From Coprobacillaceae bacterium (lineage in GTDB: Bacteria; Bacillota_I; Bacilli_A; Erysipelotrichales; Coprobacillaceae): a stretch of 32,000 nt of DNA. Position 1 is the first letter of the stretch. The number at the start of each line of letters is the position of its first letter. The stretch spans positions 2,730,001 to 2,762,000 of the forward strand of contig OY776328.1 of the NCBI GenBank assembly GCA_963675515.1, given 5' to 3'. A program made the position numbers and the translations under genes. Below the pieces are notes generated by a model. The model searched no databases. It was not told where the DNA came from and saw only the letters and a list, made by a program, of their open reading frames with translations. This document shows positions 18,116-25,772 of this stretch, one piece after another.

Positions 18116-18597
18116 AGCACCAACCCCATCAAGGCCGCTATGGATAGCGCAGCTCCAAAACTCAACAGATTACGAACCAATGCAAACCTTGTACCAAACT
18201 CCTTTTTCTCCAATGGAAATGTAACGACTCCGACCATCGTCAGTGTCGTCAAAAAGGCTACGCCCGGCACGATGCTTGCACCGGCATCCACAAGCGATCC
18301 GACCAACGGAAATGCCACAAATGCCGGTATCAAAGTAATGCTCCCAACAACAGCTCCAACCATTGACGATACCAGCGTGTTCCCCGATCCCAGGAAATCT
18401 TCAATCGTCTCCGGTGGTATGACTGTAAGAATCAGGCCGATCATAAAGATTATGCCGATGATATCTCCGATCATATTTTTCATCATGCCTCGCGTTTTCG
18501 CCATGGCATCGTGCGATTTTTCTCTGTTCTTTATTATTGAAACGACAAACAATATTGCCCCAACAATCCAAAACCCTAAAGTGAATATATCCATCAT
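18112..18597 (-). CDS. Permease half (DUF318/ArsP-like repeat), partner of the downstream gene
   Basis: The start is ATG 18597 or 18594 after AAGGAG; the track start at 18654 is probably too long. The segment IPPETIEDFLG...GSITLIPAFVAFPLVGSLVDAGASI parallels the downstream protein. Its stop overlaps the next start (ATGATGA). Confidence 0.65.
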   Translation of the reverse strand: MMDIFTLGFWIVGAILFVVSIIKNREKSHDAMAKTRGMMKNMIGDIIGIIFMIGLILTVIPPETIEDFLGSGNTLVSSMVGAVVGSITLIPAFVAFPLVGSLVDAGASIVPGVAFLTTLTMVGVVTFPLEKKEFGTRFALVRNLLSFGAALSIAALMGLVL

Positions 18598-18828
18598 TAC
18601 GCTCCTTTTGTATATGATATCTGATTTGACAAGGTCCATTTTACAGAAAATCAAGAGTAAAAAAAGTCACATATGCAACTAATAACTAAAATTCTGGTTT
18701 ATTTCGGATTTTGCATGGTAACCCAATCCTACAACACAATTGTCATTTTCTTGGTACTGGCAACTTATCGGCAGGACATATGAAGTACCATTCAATAACA
18801 ACCTTATCCAAAAAGGCATTTCACGTTA

Positions 18829-18864
18829 AAGAATGGCCAGTAGCGTTATGCTCTGGCCATTCTT
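18829..18864 (-). terminator. Strong hairpin downstream of the vWA gene (probable terminator with a weak U-tract)
   Basis: A perfect 12-bp stem AAGAATGGCCAG/CTGGCCATTCTT with a 12-nt loop, about 45 nt after the vWA stop. On the minus strand it is followed by TTAACG, so the U-tract is poor. Confidence 0.45.
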
Positions 18865-18907
18865 CACGTCAAAACGATATTAATATTATATAGTTTGATC
18901 AAGCAGG

Positions 18908-19561
18908 CTATCTCTTATTGTTCCTTTTCTTGAAATCATCTTCAATCCGCTTATTCCAATTCTTGTCAATCTTGGCGCTGGCTCGAAGATTGCTCACGGT
19001 TTCACTGATGACTTCATAGTTCAGGATTGTCCCTTCGCTATCCGCGTTATAGTTGGTAGCCCGGTCCTGATTTATGCCAAAGCGCTGGGCGGTATCAAGG
19101 GCGTCGATGTTCGCACCCAGGAAAATGAATTCCCATCCGTATTTTTCCTTCTCGAGCTCGATCATTTCCTTGATTTTCCGGTAGCTGTATTCCCGGCTGG
19201 CATTCTCCATTCCATCGGTGGTGATCACGAACATCACATGTTCGGCCCTCTCATCCTCGACTGTGTGTCTTTGGGCATTGGCGATGATGGAGATGGTCTT
19301 GCCCACCGCATCAAGAAGGGCGGTCGAGCCCCGGACGAAATAATCATCCTCGGTGATCGGTACGATTCCTTTTAGATTGATCCGGTTGTGGAGCAATTCA
19401 TACCGGTCATCGAACAGGACCGTCGTAACTATGGCTTCACCGGCCTCGCTTTTCTGTTTTTCAAGGAGGGCGTTATACCCGCCGATAGTGTCGCTTTCCA
19501 GGCCACCCATTGAACCGCTGCGATCAAGTATGAATACCAATTCAGTCAAACCTTTTTTCAT
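18908..19561 (-). CDS. von Willebrand factor A (vWA) domain protein
   Basis: 217 aa. The MIDAS motif is present as VFILDRSGSMGG, with GSTALLDAV and VITTDGMEN downstream. Confidence 0.8.
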   Translation of the reverse strand: MKKGLTELVFILDRSGSMGGLESDTIGGYNALLEKQKSEAGEAIVTTVLFDDRYELLHNRINLKGIVPITEDDYFVRGSTALLDAVGKTISIIANAQRHTVEDERAEHVMFVITTDGMENASREYSYRKIKEMIELEKEKYGWEFIFLGANIDALDTAQRFGINQDRATNYNADSEGTILNYEVISETVSNLRASAKIDKNWNKRIEDDFKKRNNKR

Positions 19562-19644
19562 AATGTTATCCTCCGTCTTCTTTATTTTGACTTCATGATA
19601 ACATTCACATTTGCCCTTGAGGTCGCCTGGCAGGCGACAAATGA

Positions 19645-20652
19645 TCAGACGCCCAACAGATTCTGGTCGAAGGCGAAAAGGGCCTCGTTGATTGTGAAGA
19701 TATTGTAATCACCCGCCTCGATGAAGTATTCGATGATGATGTCGGACTTGCTGCTGTGCGAAAGGGCGAACCCGGCCCGAAGCAGTAGATCCCGGGTTTC
19801 ATCCAGGCTTAGCTCCAGAGCGATGGCAAAGGCGATGGCAGTAGCCTTGCTTGGCTTGTAATTGACATCGTTTTTGATCTTGGAGAACAGCTTGCGGTCG
19901 ATATTGGCCTTCTTGTAGGTCTGGGAATCGCTAAGGCCCCTTTCATCGATCAGGCGGAGCAACATCGCCGAGAATGTCTCATCGACATGGTTTACGAGGT
20001 CCTCAAGACTTCGCTTCTTCCTTTTTGCAGGTCTATCCTCCAGGAAACCTCTTTGCATCTCGCTTTCCATGACGCTGTAGCTTCGGATTTCATCATTGTC
20101 TACTCGTCGGTTCGACAGTTGTTTTTCGCTGTACACATCGTCGATATACTGGGCAATCGAGGCAAACAGGTTTTTTGACATCATAAACGATGCCTTGTCG
20201 AAGACGACAATGATGACATCCATATCGTTGTGCTCCAGGAATTCCCCGATCACCCCCATCGCAACCATTAAGGCCTGATCTTTGGGGTAGCCATAGGCGC
20301 CTGATGAAATCAGGGGGAAGGCGATGCTTTCCAGCCTGTGCTTTTTGGCCAATTCCAGGGAATTGCGATAGCAGTCACCAAGCAACTTTTCCTCGTTATG
20401 GCCACCCCCGTGCCAGATCGGACCGACGGTATGGATCACATACCGGGCTGGCAGGTTGTATCCTTTGGTCAGTTTCGCCTGACCGACCTCACAGCCCCCA
20501 AGCGTGGCACACTCTTCCAACAGTTCGGGCCCGGCCGCCCTGTGGATCGCTCCGTCGACTCCGCCCCCACCAAGAAGCGAGCTGTTTGCCGCGTTGACAA
20601 TTGCGTCGACCTTAAATTTTGTAATATCATCCCTGATTATCTGCAACGGCAT
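19645..20652 (-). CDS. Macro domain protein (MacroD/YmdB-type ADP-ribose-binding/hydrolase domain) fused to a C-terminal helical HTH-like module
   Basis: 335 aa. The macrodomain motifs are [33 protein letters not shown] and [14 protein letters not shown]. The C-terminal region [22 protein letters not shown]...[26 protein letters not shown] looks XRE/HTH-like. Confidence 0.85.
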   Translation of the reverse strand: MPLQIIRDDITKFKVDAIVNAANSSLLGGGGVDGAIHRAAGPELLEECATLGGCEVGQAKLTKGYNLPARYVIHTVGPIWHGGGHNEEKLLGDCYRNSLELAKKHRLESIAFPLISSGAYGYPKDQALMVAMGVIGEFLEHNDMDVIIVVFDKASFMMSKNLFASIAQYIDDVYSEKQLSNRRVDNDEIRSYSVMESEMQRGFLEDRPAKRKKRSLEDLVNHVDETFSAMLLRLIDERGLSDSQTYKKANIDRKLFSKIKNDVNYKPSKATAIAFAIALELSLDETRDLLLRAGFALSHSSKSDIIIEYFIEAGDYNIFTINEALFAFDQNLLGV

Positions 20653-20756
20653 TGAATTTCTCCCCTTTCAACTCACAAGTAATCTATAATGGTATTTTAC
20701 CACAATAATCACCACACTTCCAATAACACCCTTCAATCACTTCTTTATTACTCTAA

Positions 20757-20799
20757 CGAAAAGGAATGCACAATCCCCAACTAGGGCGATACATTCCTC
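20757..20799 (-). terminator. Probable terminator after the small membrane-protein gene
   Basis: On the minus strand, AGGAATG(20798-20792)/CATTCCT(20768-20762) is followed by TTTCG. The loop is long (23 nt). Confidence 0.4.
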
Positions 20800-20824
20800 C
20801 ATATCCACATTTGAATATTAGCAC

Positions 20825-21091
20825 TTAACTTATCAGTGCAATCACGATAAAAGCCACTATCCCTAAAAGCATCATTGCAAGTACGGCAATAGCTTTTTTC
20901 AAATTTTCACCAAGAGATCCGCCGTTTATATCGATCCCGGCTTTCCTTTTATAGAAAACCTCAATAACCAATCCAACGACAATTGCCAAAAAATAGAAAA
21001 AATGGATTTTAACCACATAATCAACCAGAAGCCCAATCGCAATCAAAAGTGCAATTGAGGTACTAACCTTGGAATTAATCTTCATCCACAC
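20825..21091 (-). CDS. Small hypothetical membrane protein (about 3 TM)
   Basis: 86-88 aa, starting at GTG 21091 or ATG 21085 after a G7 run. It has hydrophobic segments and is very AT-rich compared with its neighbours. Confidence 0.45.
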   Translation of the reverse strand: MWMKINSKVSTSIALLIAIGLLVDYVVKIHFFYFLAIVVGLVIEVFYKRKAGIDINGGSLGENLKKAIAVLAMMLLGIVAFIVIALIS

Positions 21092-21232
21092 TGTGCCCCC
21101 CCACTAGTTTATTGTTATTCAAGGTAACTTATCATATAATATCGGTATCTTCCCTCCGGCAAACTTCGGACTGTGTTTACCAACTCTATCACACTATTTG
21201 CGGATTACATTTCTCCACTTGGGCATTAACCA

Positions 21233-22222
21233 TCAGTCGATAAGGTCATTCTGGAACCTTGAAAGGTGCTCGTAAGGCAAGATCAGCCGGCCCCGGTAAA
21301 GACCGCAGCCGTCATTGATAAGGGAATTGTCCACCGCCGCAAACATGTTCACGTCCAACTTGGCCAGTTCGAGCTGATGCAGGGAAATGCCCCGTTCATA
21401 GGCGTCATCGAAATAAGGGTTGGCACCTTTGGGAATCACATCCCGTCTTGCCCGTTCGCTTTCCTGGCGTTTTTCGTAACCAAGATGGTTGGCTGGGCCG
21501 ATCTCCGCAAAGTCATCCATTTCCTTGGTGCGAAGCTGCACTTCGATATAGCTTCTGGCGATATTGTCGTAGAAGGTTATATGCAATGACTGGTAGCCAT
21601 TGGTTGATGGGTTGGCTATATAATCCCTGTAATACGGACTGACCCCCTCTTTTAGCAGGGGCGAGACATTCTGGCCTGTCAGTGTCGACAGTTCGGCTGT
21701 GAAGCCGCGCTCCTCCAAAAAACCAAGCAACTCATTGGCGACATCATAGAGGTATTTTATTTCCTGTTCCGCCCGGTTTTCTCCAGCTTTAAGATGGCAT
21801 TTGGGCATGGAAATCACGATCCGGTATGCGATGAGATCCCGGAAACAGTGCAAACTGTTTTTAAGATCAAGGACCGATGGGAATTTTCCATGTTCGAGAT
21901 AATAATCGTAGATATATTCGACAATATAACCGTTGAACTTCGCTTCAGCCCTGATCAGCGATTTGATTCTCCCTTTGAAAGTGAAGGCCAGGAAAGGATA
22001 TTCATTTGCCATCAGCTTGTAGAACTCCCTGATACGCTGCGACTGGGATGCCAAGAAGTCGTTGTGTTGCAGCAGTTCCGCAATCGAAAGCAGGAAATTG
22101 CAGTGGACCAGATCAATCTGGTTGTGTGTTTTTTTGGCGGACTGTTTCAAATCCAGGGCATAGGTCTGGATTATCTTGAGGACAGTATCGCCCGAATATA
22201 AGTAGTCATTTAATTTTTTCAC
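21233..22222 (-). CDS. RelA/SpoT-domain protein (stand-alone alarmone-synthetase-like nucleotidyl pyrophosphokinase, SAS/toxSAS-like)
   Basis: 329 aa with a GTG start 8 nt after GAAGGGAAG. The synthetase motifs occur in order: GRIKSLIRAEAKF, DLIAYRIVI, GYQSLHITF, IEVQLRTKEM, HLGYEKR. There is no HD hydrolase domain. Confidence 0.8.
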   Translation of the reverse strand: MKKLNDYLYSGDTVLKIIQTYALDLKQSAKKTHNQIDLVHCNFLLSIAELLQHNDFLASQSQRIREFYKLMANEYPFLAFTFKGRIKSLIRAEAKFNGYIVEYIYDYYLEHGKFPSVLDLKNSLHCFRDLIAYRIVISMPKCHLKAGENRAEQEIKYLYDVANELLGFLEERGFTAELSTLTGQNVSPLLKEGVSPYYRDYIANPSTNGYQSLHITFYDNIARSYIEVQLRTKEMDDFAEIGPANHLGYEKRQESERARRDVIPKGANPYFDDAYERGISLHQLELAKLDVNMFAAVDNSLINDGCGLYRGRLILPYEHLSRFQNDLID

Positions 22223-22257
22223 TGATTTGTCTTCCCTTCGGTAGTTTCAATATATTT

Positions 22258-22281
22258 GATTGATTGTAAAAACAATCAATC
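22258..22281. other. Perfect 10-4-10 palindrome GATTGATTGT-AAAA-ACAATCAATC between the toroid-protein gene and the RSH gene
   Basis: Read directly from the sequence. It lies in the 69-nt gap, 36 nt upstream of the RSH GTG. No flanking U-tract follows it on the coding (minus) strand. Confidence 0.6.
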
Positions 22282-22291
22282 TTGCATTCTT

Positions 22292-23272
22292 TCAGGTAGC
22301 CTCATGGCGCAGGACTTTCATGGCTTTGGCGGTGATCCATTTCGACGGTTCACTCTTACGTTCGATATTCACAATCATCTTCCCGTTGAAAGTGTTTTGA
22401 AGCTTCCATTTCCCGTCTTTTCCCTGCCTGTTTTTGACAACCTCGCAGGCATCATGCATCCTGTCATCATCTATGCCAATGTCAGTCAAGATCTCCAGGA
22501 TTTCCAGCAAGTCCGTCTGGTACATCAGTGGGAACCCGAACCGGGTCCATCCTTCCTTGGCGATCTTTTCCAGGTCATGGCTCCTTTTGTAAAGATGATG
22601 CTTGAGCATGAACTCGCTCAACTCGCCAATTTTATCGTTCACTTGTTGACTTCTATGTTCAACAGGTATCGCGCTGAAAGCTTTGAGCGCCTTGACGACA
22701 CCCATGAAGCAGGTATGCCTGCCAAAGCATGCGACATGTTTAAGGTATCTGGGATCCGCTGTCGACTCGACACCGTCATCGGCAACTTGATATCTTGTGA
22801 GCCATTCAATTGCCCCCTTGACCCTTGGATCTTGGAGATACCCCAGGCGGATCAGCGCATACACCATGTTCCCGGTCAGACAGGGGATGACCTGGCCTGG
22901 CAGACCGTGGCCGGTTTTCTTGCTTGTTTCCATGGAGAAACCCATGGTTTCCGGGTCTTGCGAATGTTCGAACAGAAATTCACATGCCTTTTTGATCCGG
23001 GGATCACTGCCATCGGCTCCAAGCTGGGCAAGTACCAGCAGTTGCCAAACCGTCCCGTGGTATTTGTCGGTATAGAACCGCTCCGGATCGAACCAGCTAC
23101 CGTCATCATTCTGTTTGGAGAGTATCTCCATGACTGCGGGATCAGTCATGATGGCGGACCGGGCCGCTCCAAGCTCATGGGGCGATGCATCGATGATATT
23201 TTCCAATGTGTAGTAGCGCACTGCCGGATTATCTTTTTCAAGCAGCCACTCAATTATAGCTTCCTTGTCCAT
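22292..23272 (-). CDS. Alpha/alpha-toroid repeat protein (prenyltransferase / terpene-cyclase-like fold). Function unknown.
   Basis: 326 aa. It shows repeated helical-hairpin signatures with DGSW-type motifs (QNDDGSWFD, GKDGKWK) and Trp/aromatic-rich repeats. The family call is tentative. Confidence 0.5.
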   Translation of the reverse strand: MDKEAIIEWLLEKDNPAVRYYTLENIIDASPHELGAARSAIMTDPAVMEILSKQNDDGSWFDPERFYTDKYHGTVWQLLVLAQLGADGSDPRIKKACEFLFEHSQDPETMGFSMETSKKTGHGLPGQVIPCLTGNMVYALIRLGYLQDPRVKGAIEWLTRYQVADDGVESTADPRYLKHVACFGRHTCFMGVVKALKAFSAIPVEHRSQQVNDKIGELSEFMLKHHLYKRSHDLEKIAKEGWTRFGFPLMYQTDLLEILEILTDIGIDDDRMHDACEVVKNRQGKDGKWKLQNTFNGKMIVNIERKSEPSKWITAKAMKVLRHEAT

Positions 23273-23483
23273 ATGAACCTCGTATTTTTAAAATAGTGGT
23301 GTCTCTAGCGTTATCCGTTATTGAGAAATCGACTTCAATGGTGTAAGTTGTATTGCACGTCAAAATGACGCGCTCCCAGCGATTAGATCATCTATCTTCC
23401 ATTCTTTATGGCTAGCCAACCATGACTGATAATATAATTGGATTGGCTTCAACAATGGTTATACCCTGGACATGGCTGTAATC

Positions 23484-24728
23484 CTAGAAAATCAGCGGGA
23501 ACGCAAATGTGACAAACGCCGCCCAGATTCCATATACTGGCAGGTAGCTGGTTATGGCATCCTGGACCGGTTTAATTCCTGTTTCGTTTTTCAAAAAACG
23601 CAGATGGGAAAGCATTATTCCCAGCAAATTTATCCAGATGAGAATATTCACGCCCAAGACCGCCATCCGGTTGGGAGTGATCCCATAAGACGATATCCTG
23701 AAGACCACGGCCGACAACGCCACGCTATCGACACTTAGCGCCAGAACGATAAGGAGGTAATTAATGAAATCGGAAATGTTTCTTCGCTCATATTTTCCTC
23801 TTGTAGTGAGGGAAAAGATAGTGACAGCCAAGACAACCAAAAGAATCCCGTTGAATGCAATCAGAAAATCCCGATCCACAAACGGATTTTTCCCGATCAA
23901 GGAAACCGTTGCGAGATATCCGATCAAGGTTACCAACACAAGCGGGCTGAATATCCGGGAAATATATGGGGCGATGTCCCGGGCTAGCTTGAGGTTTCTA
24001 TTTACCAGGTATGCCCCCACAACAGCCAAGGAGGCAGCACCGAACAGGACCACATTCTTGAAATAGAATTCGGAAATGTCCAATCCTAAAATGCCAAACA
24101 GCTGCATTGTCAATCCGAACAGCAACATGCCGCTGATAGCCATACTTGCATAGATGATGCAAAACTCACCGTTGAATCTTAGATAATCCAGGCGCCTGTC
24201 TCCAATCTTATATCCGTTTCCGACATATGCCATGCCGACAAGCAGCCACAGGAAGACCGGCAGGTGCAGATACGCCTGGATAATGCCATCGTCAAGTTCA
24301 AGAGGGAGAAGATTGAGATAAATACCTGACAAGGCAAACAACGAGATAATTGTTAAAATGATTTTCTTGGCCGGAATGTTTTCGAAAATGAAATAAGCGG
24401 CCATAAAGGGAAGTATCCCGAAAACCAGGTTAATCGGGGCAATAACACCCGACTCGACAAAATGGAAAATCAATCGCGTGCTTATCCCCGCCAGGATCGC
24501 CAAACCACCCATCGACAGGAATTTCTTTAGCTTGGCTGATGACTGTTCCTGATTGATAACCTCTTGATAATTCAACCTTTCATTCCAGACGGATAGAACC
24601 GGCGAATCCGGTTCTTGATTCCAAGCCTCAACAAAAGAGATTCTAAACGCATCAGGATTATTCCTGAAAAGCCGTTCCAACTCATGAGGATTGGCAATGT
24701 TTTCAATAATCGAATTGTGAACATCCAT
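23484..24728 (-). CDS. Polytopic membrane protein (about 10 TM) with a soluble N-terminal region of about 70 aa, possibly DUF4153-like
   Basis: 414 aa with a GGAGGTG SD. The hydrophobicity pattern supports the topology. The N-terminal motif NPHELERLFRNNPDAFRISF is present. The family assignment is from memory only. Confidence 0.45.
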   Translation of the reverse strand: MDVHNSIIENIANPHELERLFRNNPDAFRISFVEAWNQEPDSPVLSVWNERLNYQEVINQEQSSAKLKKFLSMGGLAILAGISTRLIFHFVESGVIAPINLVFGILPFMAAYFIFENIPAKKIILTIISLFALSGIYLNLLPLELDDGIIQAYLHLPVFLWLLVGMAYVGNGYKIGDRRLDYLRFNGEFCIIYASMAISGMLLFGLTMQLFGILGLDISEFYFKNVVLFGAASLAVVGAYLVNRNLKLARDIAPYISRIFSPLVLVTLIGYLATVSLIGKNPFVDRDFLIAFNGILLVVLAVTIFSLTTRGKYERRNISDFINYLLIVLALSVDSVALSAVVFRISSYGITPNRMAVLGVNILIWINLLGIMLSHLRFLKNETGIKPVQDAITSYLPVYGIWAAFVTFAFPLIF

Positions 24729-24917
24729 AATCTAACACCTCCATATTCCATCACGGCAACAAATTTTAGCGACCAATTCATATTGATTTTACTTCTCAAC
24801 AAAACGAATTGTAATATCAGGATTTCACAGGGTTGCGGTGGACAGTCTGACAATATCCCACAAAGACTGCAGGAAACTTTCGAGTTTATTCACCCATACC
24901 AATAATGGCCTACCGAT

Positions 24918-25739
24918 TCATCGTAGCAGCTCAAAAATCATAAACAACAGTTCCACCACTATCAGGACAACAATGACCCACTCCACAAACAGGCCCCGGA
25001 TGGAATGGCTCACGGAAGCAAGTCCATCCACAATATTCCTCAGGATTTCCGTCTTGTTCCTGATCACCTCATACCGGTCATTGAGCTCGAAAAAGTCTGA
25101 CAGGCTGTCATAGAAAACCCCGGCATCGCTGTTGGACCAGGCGATATCCGGTTTGTCAAGAATCATGATGTAGGCAATGGAATTGTATTCATGGCGGATA
25201 ATACCAGAAGTGATCCGGGCCAGCTCCCTGTTACCTATTTTCAGCCGGCCTTTTTCCAGGTTGTCGATTTTCGTTTCAAGCTTGTCAAAGATTTTGCTTA
25301 GAAGTTCCTCCACCCTTTCCAGTGCCGCGGATTTGGCAATGACAATGGAAATCAGCTCCGGGTGATACGCCTCCATTTTTGGCACCTGGACATAACGGTC
25401 GGTCAATTCTGTTCCCTCACTTTCACCGATATGGAGGGCGTAGTTTTCCTCAAATGTGCTGTAACTCTCTAGAATATTAGGCTGCAACTTGTAAAGATAT
25501 TTGATGAAAAGCTCTATGTGGGTCCTGGTCGCATTGATAAACACCACGCTCCCAAATGAATATACATATACCCGCTCTTCTTCGTTGATTTTGCCACCAA
25601 CTATTTTTTCCAGGAGATCACCCTGGATAATCAATGGTTCCTCCCAGGTATACTTCTTCTTGATGCCACAGGCAACCGCGATTTTGTTGAGATCGATTTC
25701 CTTAGCCACGGCAAAGGTGTTGAACTTCATATTATCCAT
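24918..25739 (-). CDS. RMD1 family protein (DUF155) with a C-terminal TM anchor
   Basis: 273 aa. The segments VYVYSFGSVVFIN, IVIAKSAALERVE and the C-terminal hydrophobic WVIVVLIVVELLFMIFELL match the DUF155 architecture. Confidence 0.7.
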   Translation of the reverse strand: MDNMKFNTFAVAKEIDLNKIAVACGIKKKYTWEEPLIIQGDLLEKIVGGKINEEERVYVYSFGSVVFINATRTHIELFIKYLYKLQPNILESYSTFEENYALHIGESEGTELTDRYVQVPKMEAYHPELISIVIAKSAALERVEELLSKIFDKLETKIDNLEKGRLKIGNRELARITSGIIRHEYNSIAYIMILDKPDIAWSNSDAGVFYDSLSDFFELNDRYEVIRNKTEILRNIVDGLASVSHSIRGLFVEWVIVVLIVVELLFMIFELLR

Positions 25740-25772
25740 AAAACCGCCTCCACTCAGGTGAAATCAATAATC

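Noticed and set aside
18140-18682. A 180-aa plus-strand ORF antisense to the first permease gene
   Set aside because: It is a shadow ORF. The minus-strand product is a coherent membrane protein that is translationally coupled to the next gene.
19645-20652. Reading the Macro-domain protein as a DarG-type antitoxin of a DarTG system
   Set aside because: The macrodomain motifs are MacroD/YmdB-like rather than TARG1/DarG-like, and no DarT (DUF4433) gene is adjacent. The neighbours are a vWA protein and a small membrane protein.
22256-23296. A 346-codon plus-strand ORF (TTG start) that fully overlaps the 326-aa minus-strand toroid-repeat gene
   Set aside because: The minus-strand product has recognisable repeat motifs (DGSW-type), an ATG start and a plausible SD. 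The plus-strand product has no motif I recognise, has a non-ATG start with no SD, and looks like a stop-poor antisense shadow. It would only be worth revisiting if ribosome profiling showed plus-strand translation.
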